DNA of 38,080 nucleotides, taken from IMG/VR virus record IMGVR_UViG_3300045988_140278; one strand, given 5' to 3'. The translations under genes were made by a program, and so were the position numbers. Below the pieces are notes generated by a model. It saw only the letters and a list, made by a program, of their open reading frames with translations, had not been told where the DNA came from and did no database searches. The stretch is from a virus. Each line of letters starts with the position of its first letter. The first letter of the stretch is position 1. Of this stretch, positions 9,114 to 18,018 are shown in pieces.

Positions 9114-9832
9114 TTACATGCTGAATAGGGCGCTCTCGTGGGGCTCGGCGTCGCGGATTTCCGTCGGCGCCGCCGCATCATCCGGATTCCCGCTGTCGTC
9201 ACTTGTGTCCACCAGTCCGTTGGCGCCGATGGCGTGCAGGATGGTGATGTCGGTGGCGGTCATGGGGAACGCGAGCCCCAGGGCGGAAGCTCCCGTGTAT
9301 GTTGACGGGTCGACGCTCATGGCTTCGTGGAGGCTTATCGCGTCCGCGTAGCGCAGTCGTCGGCCGAGGTCGCGTTCCAGGCTCCATCCGGCTTTGGCGA
9401 AGTCGGCGCGGATCTTCACTCCTTCTTTGGAGCTGAGGGTTCTGCAGAATCCTGCGATTTTCCCAATTCGACGCCTTGGGTCTTCATCAGGGTGGCCCCG
9501 TAGTCCTGAAGCAGGTTGAACGCGATCTGTGTCGGCCCGTCTTCGAGCTTCTTCGCCTGTTCCTCGCCGGCGAACTGGGTGAGGATGCGTTTGATCTGTT
9601 CGATGCTTTCGGAATCATCGGCTGCGGATGAGAGGGCCTCGAAATCGTGGATGCTGAGGAACATTGGCAGCTTGTAGATGACTCCGCCGGGGGCGAGCGC
9701 CCAGTATTCGTCGTTCTTGATGATGTGGCGGATCTTCATCCGCGAGGCGATGGCGTCGAGCGCGGATTGTTCGTCGTCGTCTGTCCAGTTTTCGAAGTCT
9801 TCGAGGGTTGGCGTCCATTCGGTTGCGGTCAT
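9114..9832 (-). CDS. Tail assembly chaperone, G-T type fusion made by a -1 programmed frameshift (predicted 239 aa)
   Basis: The -1 frame is open from the slippery site (9464-9458) through to the stop at 9114. It reads ...ELGK/IAGFCRTLSSKEGVKIRADFAKAGW... Confidence 0.65.
9416..9832 (-). CDS. Tail assembly chaperone (G-like), 138 aa
   Basis: Acidic protein immediately downstream of the major tail gene and upstream of TMP. ATG at 9832 with AGGAG upstream. Confidence 0.8.
   Translation of the reverse strand: MTATEWTPTLEDFENWTDDDEQSALDAIASRMKIRHIIKNDEYWALAPGGVIYKLPMFLSIHDFEALSSAADDSESIEQIKRILTQFAGEEQAKKLEDGPTQIAFNLLQDYGATLMKTQGVELGKSQDSAEPSAPKKE
9458..9464 (-). promoter_or_regulatory. Slippery heptamer G GGA AAA for -1 ribosomal frameshifting
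   Basis: In the zero frame it reads TTG GGA AAA TCG, an X XXY YYZ pattern. It lies 14 codons before the G stop. Confidence 0.6.
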
Positions 9833-9850
9833 GGTGTTCTCCTATCGGTT

Positions 9851-9890
9851 TCTCCCATCGGCGGGAGGTCCCTTGCATGCCGATGGGAGA
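9851..9890 (-). other. 12-bp perfect stem-loop between the major tail gene and the chaperone gene
   Basis: TCTCCCATCGGC (9851-9862) pairs with GCCGATGGGAGA (9879-9890) around a 16-nt loop. No T-tract follows, so it is not a canonical terminator. Confidence 0.45.
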
Positions 9891-9916
9891 AGAAGCTCAT
9901 GCGAGGGACGTTCGGT

Positions 9917-10528
9917 TTACTTGCCGGTCTCGGTGGCGGTGGTGGTCGGCATGTAGTAGGACTGCAGGTAGCGGCTGTTGCCGTTGTCGACGATGCTGTC
10001 CTTCTGCCAGGTGGTGGTCAGCGCGATGCCGGAGACTTCGCCTCGCGTGTCCTGCGCGGGTTCGCTGCCGGTGGTCTGCAGTACGCCGAGGCGGCGGCGG
10101 ATTGTGCCGGTCTTGTAGTGCGTTTCCTGGTAGGCGATCCACTTGGAATCCTGGATGGTGTCGCTCACGTGATAGACGCCGTCGGCATCGGGGGTGCCGA
10201 TGGTCATGCCGCGCACGGTTTCGTTGTCTTCGGCGACCGTGAACGCGAGGGTGAGGTTCGGGTCGGCGTTGAGCATGTAGCCGGGCTGGTGGAATTCGGT
10301 GGCGTCATCGGAGTCTCGCGCGTCATGCGGCGCGCCGTCGCTGGTGATGAGGCCGACCGCGTGCCCCTTGCTGAAGATGTCCTTGAGCGTGGTGATCGGG
10401 TCGGCCACGGTCTTCGCGATCATGGATGCGGTGAGCTTCGCGGTTGGATCGTATGGGGCGATGATGATCTTGGATGAGGTTACGTACTTGACCGCTGTCA
10501 GGTCGTTGCCCTGAGCGTCTGCTGTCAT
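9917..10528 (-). CDS. Major tail protein, 203 aa
   Basis: Position between the connector genes and the G/G-T chaperones. Thr/Asp-rich, beta-type composition. Confidence 0.8.
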   Translation of the reverse strand: MTADAQGNDLTAVKYVTSSKIIIAPYDPTAKLTASMIAKTVADPITTLKDIFSKGHAVGLITSDGAPHDARDSDDATEFHQPGYMLNADPNLTLAFTVAEDNETVRGMTIGTPDADGVYHVSDTIQDSKWIAYQETHYKTGTIRRRLGVLQTTGSEPAQDTRGEVSGIALTTTWQKDSIVDNGNSRYLQSYYMPTTTATETGK

Positions 10529-10558
10529 GATGGTTCCTTTCGGTGTTTGTTGGTTGGG

Positions 10559-10972
10559 TTATTGGATTTCTCCGATCACCGAATAGGCGATGATCAGGTA
10601 GTAGTGGGCGGTGGGTTCGTTCTCCGGCACCACGTAGGGGCCGTTGCATTGGGAGTGGTCGACCGCGATGACAGGAGAGTTCTCGGCGGATGCGATGGCA
10701 TCGTCCATGAGCAGAGCTTGGATTCGGCGGGCGAGGTCCTTGCATGGTTTGTCATGGGCGCGGGTCCATCCGTAGATGTTGACGCCGATGCTGCGATCGA
10801 ATTGCGCGAGCCCGTCTCCGGATCCGCTGTCGTCGCGGATGGTGACGAGCGGATAATCGCCGCGATAGGCTTCCGGTTTCCGGTTGTCGAATTGCAGGCC
10901 TTCCACGTCGTAGACCCGGTCTCGCAGATAATCGCACAGCCATTGCTCGATGTCCGGTGAGATCACGCTCAT
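10559..10972 (-). CDS. Tail-completion / tail-terminator-like protein, 137 aa
   Basis: ATG at 10972 overlaps the upstream stop (ATGA). Assigned from its position just before the major tail gene. The ORF-track extension to 11356 is out-of-frame noise. Confidence 0.65.
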   Translation of the reverse strand: MSVISPDIEQWLCDYLRDRVYDVEGLQFDNRKPEAYRGDYPLVTIRDDSGSGDGLAQFDRSIGVNIYGWTRAHDKPCKDLARRIQALLMDDAIASAENSPVIAVDHSQCNGPYVVPENEPTAHYYLIIAYSVIGEIQ

Positions 10973-11259
10973 GATTTCGCCTTCTTCAATGCCTTGACGA
11001 GGTTGCCGGTCTGTGATTCGATGAGCATTGTCTTCGCGTCGGTGCCGACCACCCTGTAGGTGGTGCGGTGCGCATGCTGCACGGCCTCCACTTGGAGCCC
11101 GTCTCGATAGGCTCCGGTATCCACCGGGGCGTTCGCCCTGGCGATGTTGAGGGCTTTCTCCGCCGCCCCTCTGGTCAGGGCCCGCACCCCGGCCGAGTTG
11201 AGCATCTCGTCGAAGAACGAGTTGTTGAAGTCGACCGTGGTCTGTCCTGCCGCCGGCAT
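10969..11259 (-). CDS. HK97 gp10-like head-tail joining protein, 96 aa
   Basis: The pattern ...NIARANAPVDTGAYRDGL... is typical of the gp10 family. Position fits. Confidence 0.7.
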   Translation of the reverse strand: MPAAGQTTVDFNNSFFDEMLNSAGVRALTRGAAEKALNIARANAPVDTGAYRDGLQVEAVQHAHRTTYRVVGTDAKTMLIESQTGNLVKALKKAKS

Positions 11260-11262
11260 GTG

Positions 11263-11658
11263 TCATCCCCTCCATTCGGTGAGTTGGATTTCGAGTGTGG
11301 GCTGCCAGCCGCTGAACGCGTTCACGTCGTTCGAGGGGAAGCCGCTGACCTCCCATAGGCGGCCGTCATCCGGCATGGCTCTGATGCGGTCGCCTATGCG
11401 CACATCGGCTTTGGGATTGTCGATGGTGAGCACGGCGGTGCTGGTGGTCTGCATATCCAGCGCGTCGGGAAGCCGCGTGCTGGTGGAGGATGCGAGAGCG
11501 CCGCGAAGTTCGATGATGTCGGGATGCTGCCAGTCCTCATCGGTTTGCTTCGGATTCATGGCGCGAGGTGTGCGTCTGGCTCGCAGGCGCTGGAAGTCGG
11601 TGGCTCCGGAGAGTGAGAATCCGTTTGAGCTTTTGGTGATGTAGTCGAGCGCGTTCAT
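11263..11658 (-). CDS. Head-closure / head-tail adaptor protein, 131 aa
   Basis: ATG at 11658 overlaps the upstream stop (ATGA). The ORF track starts 6 codons earlier at a GTG. Confidence 0.7.
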   Translation of the reverse strand: MNALDYITKSSNGFSLSGATDFQRLRARRTPRAMNPKQTDEDWQHPDIIELRGALASSTSTRLPDALDMQTTSTAVLTIDNPKADVRIGDRIRAMPDDGRLWEVSGFPSNDVNAFSGWQPTLEIQLTEWRG

Positions 11659-12209
11659 GCCGTCCGTGCTCCCCACGTGAGTCGGTATGGGTCGAGCTGG
11701 CGTTTTTCTGCTTCGAATAGTTGGAGTCCTATTGGGGCGCCGCCGTTGGTGATGTAGCTGATGCTGCTGCCGTTGGTGCTTTGCGAGGCTATCATCGGCG
11801 CCGGTGCCGTGGCGGCTCGTTTGGCCAGGGAGAGCATGAGCGCGTGTAGTTCCGGCACGTCTTCGGGTTCCCAGCCGTCGGTGAGTGTGACCCTTATGGC
11901 TCCGGGTCTATCCGGCAGCGTGCCGTGGCGGAGCACCACGGTGCCTTTCTCCGACCAGTCGATGTCATCGGCATGGTCGATGCCGTCGAATTCGAGGCCG
12001 CCAATGTCGGTGACGCGGATGCTGGGAAGTATGAGGGTGCCGCCGCCGTAGCCGTCGACGCGGATAGTGTGCGTCCAGCTTGGGGTGACGTGCCATCCGC
12101 ATTCGCGACGGATCGCGGCTTGTGCGGCACGGAGGAAGAAGAGCCCGTCCGTGGTGAACTCTCCGGGGTTCTCGATGATGTCCGGGGTGCCTTTGGGGGG
12201 TTCTGCCAT
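11655..12209 (-). CDS. Head-tail connector (gp6-like), 184 aa
   Basis: First gene after the capsid gene, which is the usual connector position. Confidence 0.7.
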   Translation of the reverse strand: MAEPPKGTPDIIENPGEFTTDGLFFLRAAQAAIRRECGWHVTPSWTHTIRVDGYGGGTLILPSIRVTDIGGLEFDGIDHADDIDWSEKGTVVLRHGTLPDRPGAIRVTLTDGWEPEDVPELHALMLSLAKRAATAPAPMIASQSTNGSSISYITNGGAPIGLQLFEAEKRQLDPYRLTWGARTA

Positions 12210-12235
12210 CTGGGCTCTCCTTCCTGTGATCGGGG

Positions 12236-13477
12236 TTACTTCGTGGCCGGGGTCGGCTTGCCGAGCGTGACCTTGACGAAGGCCTTCGGGTACTTCACCT
12301 GGAGGGTGAGGCGTTCCTTGAGGCGGATGGCGACCTTGTCATTGATGAAGTAGTCGGCATGCGCGTTGGTGGATTCGATGCGCAGGCCGCCCTTGCGCAG
12401 CACCTTGCCGCCGGCCTTGAAAGCGCCGACGAGCGCGGTGCCGGGTGCGATAGCTTCGGTGACCACGGTCTTGACGCCCCACAGCGGCGGATCCTGCATG
12501 ATGCCGCCCTGGCCGTACTGGCCGGTGAAGAAACCGCCACCGAAGTACTGGCCGTTCGCGTCCTTGGACAGGCGGATGGCCTCGTAGTCGGTCGGGTTGA
12601 TGACGATGCCGTCCGGCTGGAAGCCGGTGGCGGTGGCGATGAGCTTGCGGCACTTGAAGATGCGGTCCGCGTCGGAGTCTGCGCCCTGGCCGAGGGTCTG
12701 GATCTCTCGGTTGAACAGGCCGTCGATGTTGTTGTCCGCGCCGTCGCCGGAGAGCAGCTGGGTTTCCTCGAGCAGCTGGATGTTGTAGGCGGCGAAGTCG
12801 GTGATCTCGCCACGCAGCCAGTCGAGGTCGTCGAGCATGTTGTCGGAGATGGCGAACCAGCCGGCGACCTCCTTGAGGTCATCGGCCTTCCACTTCGGAT
12901 CCGGGAAGTGCAGCTGGGGCTTGAGGCCGCCTTCGGCGACCGTGCCCGCGGAGCCTTCGAGTTCGCCGAACACCGGGTATTTGACGGCGTTCGTGGAGGC
13001 TCCCATGGTGCCCTGGCTGAACAGGTCGGCCACCGCGAGCGGACGCTGGTACGGGAACACGGCCTGGGTGTCGGTCTGCACCGTATAAGGTGCGAACGCC
13101 CCGGTGGAGTCCCCCACGGTCTGGGTGTCCGTGTTGGCCTTGAATTCGACCGCGTAGCCGGCCTTGAGACGGGTGCCCACGTTCTTCGCATACGACTTGA
13201 CGAACAGGTCGCCGGCGCTTTTGGCCGGAGCGTCATCGTTTTGGCCACCGGAGTCATTGCCGGTGGGGGTCGATGCGGCGGCGAGCGCACCGATCTTGGC
13301 GATCATCTGCGCCTGGTCTTCGGCCTTGCCGATCTGCTGGTCGAGCTGGTCGACCTGGTCGAGCAGCTGCTTGATGGCGGTGGCGTCATCGTCGCTGATT
13401 TCCCCGGCCTTGAGTCCGGCCTGCTTCTCCTTGAGCTGCGCCATCAGCGCGGCTCGCTTTTCGATGAGAGTGGACAT
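12236..13477 (-). CDS. Major capsid protein, HK97 type, 413 aa
   Basis: ATG at 13477 with AGGAG upstream. Coiled-coil delta-like N-terminus (MSTLIEKRAALMAQLKEKQ...) followed by a typical HK97-family body. Follows the prohead protease. Confidence 0.9.
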   Translation of the reverse strand: MSTLIEKRAALMAQLKEKQAGLKAGEISDDDATAIKQLLDQVDQLDQQIGKAEDQAQMIAKIGALAAASTPTGNDSGGQNDDAPAKSAGDLFVKSYAKNVGTRLKAGYAVEFKANTDTQTVGDSTGAFAPYTVQTDTQAVFPYQRPLAVADLFSQGTMGASTNAVKYPVFGELEGSAGTVAEGGLKPQLHFPDPKWKADDLKEVAGWFAISDNMLDDLDWLRGEITDFAAYNIQLLEETQLLSGDGADNNIDGLFNREIQTLGQGADSDADRIFKCRKLIATATGFQPDGIVINPTDYEAIRLSKDANGQYFGGGFFTGQYGQGGIMQDPPLWGVKTVVTEAIAPGTALVGAFKAGGKVLRKGGLRIESTNAHADYFINDKVAIRLKERLTLQVKYPKAFVKVTLGKPTPATK

Positions 13478-13479
13478 GT

Positions 13480-14277
13480 CTACTCTCCTTTCTGCCCTTT
13501 GAGGGCGATTCGAATGGCGAGGTCGAGCGCTTCCGCTTCGGCTTTCCGGTTGGGCTCCTCGGACTTGGCCCCTTGGGGCTCCTCGTTCTTGGCCTTGTCC
13601 GGCTCCGATGCCTTCGCACCGTCGCTCTGGGTGTTTTCCTGCTCCTGGCTGGCCGTCGCCGATGCCAGAAAATCCTTCATTTGTTTGGAGGCCTGCGCGA
13701 GTTGTTCGCTGATGCTGGTGAGCATGTCCACGTTCGCGGCGCTGATCATGCGGCCGGCTTTGGTGAATTGTTCGCTGATGCTTTTGATGGCGACGACGCT
13801 GGTGTCCTGGTTCGCTCCGATGGGGACGAAGCTGGCCTCGTAGACGGTGAGTTTCCGGAGCTCGTTGGCTTTGGTGCCGTCGTCGAGGGTGACGGTGCCT
13901 TCGTCGTCCACGTCGAATGCGAAGGAGAGCTGCGAGATTCGTTTGGCTTTCACGAGCCGGTAGGTTTGCGCGGCCTTGGGCGAGTCCATGTCGAAGCTGC
14001 CGCGGATCCACCAGCCGTGGTCGTCTTCGCCCATGTCGGTGACGCCTCCGATGTTGTAGTCGGGGTCGTCCATGCGGTGCCCGTAGAGCACAGGCATGGT
14101 GTTGCCGCTTTCCTTCCAGTGGGTGATGCTGTCGAGGAACGCTCCGGGGGCTACCACGTCGCCGTAGCAGTCGGGTTGGCGGGTGAACGTGCTGGGATAG
14201 GCGATGAATTCGCCTTCCTGCAGGTCGTCGGTCTCGTTGTTGGTCTTGAACCGGCAATCAAGCTGTTTGGTCCGCAT
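13480..14277 (-). CDS. Prohead (HK97-family, S78-like) protease with acidic scaffold-like tail, 265 aa
   Basis: ATG at 14277 with AGGAG 7 nt upstream. ...GEFIAYPSTFTRQPDCYGDVVAPGAF...MPVLYGH... Lies between portal and capsid. Confidence 0.85.
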   Translation of the reverse strand: MRTKQLDCRFKTNNETDDLQEGEFIAYPSTFTRQPDCYGDVVAPGAFLDSITHWKESGNTMPVLYGHRMDDPDYNIGGVTDMGEDDHGWWIRGSFDMDSPKAAQTYRLVKAKRISQLSFAFDVDDEGTVTLDDGTKANELRKLTVYEASFVPIGANQDTSVVAIKSISEQFTKAGRMISAANVDMLTSISEQLAQASKQMKDFLASATASQEQENTQSDGAKASEPDKAKNEEPQGAKSEEPNRKAEAEALDLAIRIALKGQKGE

Positions 14278-15766
14278 GCTGTTGCTCCTTCGCGTATTCG
14301 TCATGGGCTTTGCGGGTTTCGTCCAGGGCGATGAGCCCGCTGTTGAATTGGTCGATATGCGCGGTGATGGTCAGGTCGGATTGGAGCTCGTTCTGCCATT
14401 TGAGCCAGCCGATGCTTTCCACGTCGATGCCGGCGCCGAGTTTGCTGCGCACGCTTTTGTCGAGCCTTGCCCTCCACATGGCGATGATGTGGTTCTTCGC
14501 GGTTTCGTCCGTATCGGATGAGGGCCGTATCGGGTCGCCGCCGTCCTGAGGGCTTGCCTGGCCTCCCTGGGTGACGTTGAGTGGCACCGTGAGGCTGTCG
14601 CCGCCTTCGATGCGGGGCAGGTTCTGTGTGGCTCGGGCTTCGTTGGGTGTGATCCACGGTGCTCCCACCGATGTGGAGAGCACGCTGGCCTGTTCCTCGA
14701 AGTCGCCGCTCAGTTTCGCGCGGATGTCGAATTCCACGTAGTCGAGCGGGTCGGCGCCGATCATCGTGGCGAGGAACGTGTTGAGCCGGTCCTCGATCAT
14801 GCGCATGGTCGGGCCCAAGGTCTCCGAATACAGCATTTTGCGGAATTCCTTGGTGTTGGAGAAGTTCGCGTTGTCGAGGATGCCGACCATGACCGGGCTG
14901 ACGTGGTAGATGCTGGCCACGGTCTGCAGGCTGAGCTTCGTGACTTCGCTGAATTCCTCCTCGCGCGCGTTGAAGCCGAGGCGTTTGAGTTCCATGCCGT
15001 CTTCGAGCAGCGGGGTGCTGCCGGCGCGGGCTCCCTTGTCGGTGAATTCCTTCCAGCCGCGGGCGAAGCGTTCGCGCGCGGTGTCGTCCCACGGCGGCGC
15101 GTCCTTCGGTCTGACGAGCACGGTGCCCACTCGGCCGCCGCGCTGCCATGTCTGCGTGCGGTAGCTCCAGGCTTGGATCTGCTCGTTGATGATGTCCTTC
15201 AAAGCCATGACCGGCGTGACCCCGTTGGTCGGGTCGGTGGGATTCCAGCCATGGAAGACGAGCATGTCCTCGGCAGGCACGTCGATCCATCCACGGCCGA
15301 GTCCCGTATCCACGCGGTAGGAGGCCGGGGCGAACACGCTGCCTTCCTGCTTGGCGGTCACCCATGATGGGGGTATCGGCCTGATCTGCCAGCCGCCGAA
15401 GCGTTCCATGTCCCGGTCGGGGGCTTGGGTGACGATCCAGTAGGCCACGTCGTGGAGTGCCAGATCCGCGGTCAATTGGCGGAGCAGCTCGAAGCCGGTC
15501 ATGTCTGGATTCGGCTGCTTGAGAAGGTTGATTAGTGGCGAATCCGTGATGCGCTGGCGGTCGGTATCGGAAATTCTGCGGAATTCCTTCAATCCGACCT
15601 GAGCGACGTTGTCGGCGAGGAAGCTGATGACCGTGCGCAGATGCGGCTGGGTCTTGTACAGTTCGGTCTCCGATTGGCCTTGGATGATGGTCATCGCGTC
15701 GGCCATGTCGAAGCTGATGTGGTAGGTGGGGCGGAATATGTCGGTGAGTTTCTGCCAGATGCTCAA
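14258..15766 (-). CDS. Portal protein, 502 aa
   Basis: TTG start at 15766 with GGAGG 8 nt upstream. Size, and position after TerL. Confidence 0.9.
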   Translation of the reverse strand: MSIWQKLTDIFRPTYHISFDMADAMTIIQGQSETELYKTQPHLRTVISFLADNVAQVGLKEFRRISDTDRQRITDSPLINLLKQPNPDMTGFELLRQLTADLALHDVAYWIVTQAPDRDMERFGGWQIRPIPPSWVTAKQEGSVFAPASYRVDTGLGRGWIDVPAEDMLVFHGWNPTDPTNGVTPVMALKDIINEQIQAWSYRTQTWQRGGRVGTVLVRPKDAPPWDDTARERFARGWKEFTDKGARAGSTPLLEDGMELKRLGFNAREEEFSEVTKLSLQTVASIYHVSPVMVGILDNANFSNTKEFRKMLYSETLGPTMRMIEDRLNTFLATMIGADPLDYVEFDIRAKLSGDFEEQASVLSTSVGAPWITPNEARATQNLPRIEGGDSLTVPLNVTQGGQASPQDGGDPIRPSSDTDETAKNHIIAMWRARLDKSVRSKLGAGIDVESIGWLKWQNELQSDLTITAHIDQFNSGLIALDETRKAHDEYAKEQQHADQTA

Positions 15767-15781
15767 GATTCAGCCTCCTTC

Positions 15782-17386
15782 CTAGAGAACGAGCAGTCCG
15801 TGTCCGGTTTCGGTGTCGTATGCGCTGCGCTGTTGTTTCACCGGTTCGGCGTTCATGGTTTCCAACGCGTAGAGCGCCTGGCTTTCGGCGATGAGCCCGC
15901 TGATGTGCATGGCCGATTTCTGCCGGTCCCACACTTCGACTTCGCCAAGCCGTCTGGTGATGGCCACGCTCACCTGCTGTTCGATGGCCGGTTGCGGCAG
16001 ATGCCGGAGTTTGCCTTCCTTCACGCGGTCCTTGAACCGGCCTGTGCATGCGCCCACCCTGAATCCCTCGATGAGATGTACGGTCCAGCCGGCTTCGGTG
16101 AGAGGATCGCAGAAGTCGACGGCCGGGCATCCCTTGGATTGGATGGCGATCTCGGTGATGTTCGGCCATGATTCACGCAGCATGCCCAGATACTTGGGTA
16201 CCCAGAGCATGCCGTCGCGCCGCATGATCAGTTCAACGTGTGGCAGACCGTCGGCCCGGTATCCGGCGGCTGCGATGTATGTGGTCTCACGGTCCGCCGA
16301 GGTATCCACGCTGAGCACCACACGGTTTTCGAACGGGATACTGGATTTCTTGTCGATGCCGCGCTTCCATTGCTTCGGATCGATGAACGGCGTAATGTCC
16401 GCGGTCACCCACTGGCAGAGCACCTCGGTGCGATATGCCGCTTCGGTCATGCCGTTGATGTCGGCGATCACGCTTCGGTAGGTCATCGGCCCATAGCCGA
16501 GGGAAGGATTCGCCTGACGTATGCCATCCAGGTCATCGAGCCCGCACCCATCCGGCGCGCTCCATTCGAAGTACCCGTAGGATGCGTCGTGCGCCTCCGT
16601 CCATTCTTCGACGGTCTGCTGGCCGGTTTCGACGCTCGCGTTCCACGAGTCGGAGAGCCGGCGTCCCTCGTCCACTACCCTGCGCAGCACGATGCTGCGG
16701 TAGTCGCCGGCGTTGCTGATGCCCCACAGTTGGCTGGACCAGATGGCCTTCGTGGTCTGGCTGACCGCGTTCCAGCCATCGTCCGTATGCTGCTCGCGAA
16801 GCTCATCGAACACAACGCGGCTGGCGGACTTCGAACGGATGTTCTTATCGGCTCGAACGATGTACTGCGCCTTGTTGCGGCAGATGATTGCCTCTTCGCC
16901 GTGGCTGTTGTTGACCCGCTGCACACGCTTCTGGAGGGCAGGCACCGCGAGCGCGGCTTCCTCGTCGGTTTGTGGCGTGGGGTTGCACCAGTTGAGTACG
17001 GCGGAGTATGGGGCTCTGGCGTTGTCGAGGGTCTGGGCTGCTCCGACGATGAGGAACTTCCATGATGGGGAGAGTTTGGGCCGGCGGCCGGAGTCGACGA
17101 ACAGCCACCATGCGCATAGGACGCTCATGACGGTGGTTTTTCCGTTCTGTCGTGCGACTTCGGCGACGACTCGGCGGAACCGGTAGGATCCGTCGGGGTT
17201 GGTTTCGAGTCCGTGGATGAGCAGCCATTTCTGCCATGGGTAGAGGTTCACGTGGAGGAATCGTTCGGCGAATTCGATGACCCCGTAGCCGTCGGATGTG
17301 GCCGGGGTGAGGGGCCGGAGCGGTGGCGTGTAGATTCTGGGGGTGGTGATGCCGTGGGCGTCGTCGTCGATCTCGCCGATGTCCAT
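15782..17386 (-). CDS. Terminase large subunit, 534 aa
   Basis: Walker A-like RQNGKTT. Start placed at the second ATG (17386), 6 nt after GGAGG. The ORF-track ATG at 17392 abuts the RBS. Confidence 0.93.
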   Translation of the reverse strand: MDIGEIDDDAHGITTPRIYTPPLRPLTPATSDGYGVIEFAERFLHVNLYPWQKWLLIHGLETNPDGSYRFRRVVAEVARQNGKTTVMSVLCAWWLFVDSGRRPKLSPSWKFLIVGAAQTLDNARAPYSAVLNWCNPTPQTDEEAALAVPALQKRVQRVNNSHGEEAIICRNKAQYIVRADKNIRSKSASRVVFDELREQHTDDGWNAVSQTTKAIWSSQLWGISNAGDYRSIVLRRVVDEGRRLSDSWNASVETGQQTVEEWTEAHDASYGYFEWSAPDGCGLDDLDGIRQANPSLGYGPMTYRSVIADINGMTEAAYRTEVLCQWVTADITPFIDPKQWKRGIDKKSSIPFENRVVLSVDTSADRETTYIAAAGYRADGLPHVELIMRRDGMLWVPKYLGMLRESWPNITEIAIQSKGCPAVDFCDPLTEAGWTVHLIEGFRVGACTGRFKDRVKEGKLRHLPQPAIEQQVSVAITRRLGEVEVWDRQKSAMHISGLIAESQALYALETMNAEPVKQQRSAYDTETGHGLLVL

Positions 17387-17396
17387 GCGCATCCTC

Positions 17397-18002
17397 CTAG
17401 GTCATCTTCGCCAGGTATTCCTCGAATTCGTCGGACACCTGCTTCGGCTTCGCATCCTGGATCGCGTTGGCGATGGAGCCGCGAGCGTCCGGCGTGGCTC
17501 CGAGCTCCCGTAGCACGTTCATCAAGTGCGGCATGAGGTAGAGGGCTTTGGTGACTTCGATGCCGGTGCCGTGGGTGACGGCGTAGTCGATCTGGCTGGC
17601 GATCATTCGGCCGGATTGAATCAGAGCGCTGTCTTCGGGCTTCAGCCGGTCATCGAGCGCTTTGACGGTGTCCTCATATGCTTTGAGCAGGCCCTTCTGC
17701 GCCTTGGTCGGCGCATCCATGAGCCGCAGGCGTTGTTCGCCAATCTTGAGGCATTGGTCGATGGCCTTAGCATCCTGTTGCAGGGCGAGCGGGTAGATCT
17801 GCCTGTAGATGCTGTCGAGGCGTTCGATCTCGATGCTGCGCGCGGCGTCCGGGTTCTTTCCGGATCGCGCGCTTTTGAGGGCGCGGGTGATTGCCGCCAT
17901 CGCGCTTGTGGTCGACCGGTAGCCCATCGTGGTTTTGATCTGGCCGATGGGTGTGGCGGCGAGGAACAGGTTGAGGGCCTTGGCGTCGGATTCGGCGGTC
18001 AA
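17397..18002 (-). CDS. Terminase small subunit (position-based), 201 aa
   Basis: Helical protein immediately upstream of TerL. TTG start with GGGAGG upstream. Confidence 0.65.
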   Translation of the reverse strand: MTAESDAKALNLFLAATPIGQIKTTMGYRSTTSAMAAITRALKSARSGKNPDAARSIEIERLDSIYRQIYPLALQQDAKAIDQCLKIGEQRLRLMDAPTKAQKGLLKAYEDTVKALDDRLKPEDSALIQSGRMIASQIDYAVTHGTGIEVTKALYLMPHLMNVLRELGATPDARGSIANAIQDAKPKQVSDEFEEYLAKMT

Positions 18003-18018
18003 GGTTCCTCACCTCCCT

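Noticed and set aside
14301-16169. 622-aa minus-strand ORF and similar long Arg/His/Pro/Gly-rich ORFs (433-1011, 1345-2295, 7029-8021, 19068-19769, 29608-30789, 35216-36199 and the N-terminal parts of 4638-6101, 12236-14257, 24097-25206, 22537-23742)
   Set aside because: They are out-of-frame readings of real genes in GC-rich DNA. Their composition is extreme (R, H, P, G) and they overlap well-supported genes. Only the in-frame C-terminal portions that begin at RBS-preceded or stop-overlapping ATGs were kept.
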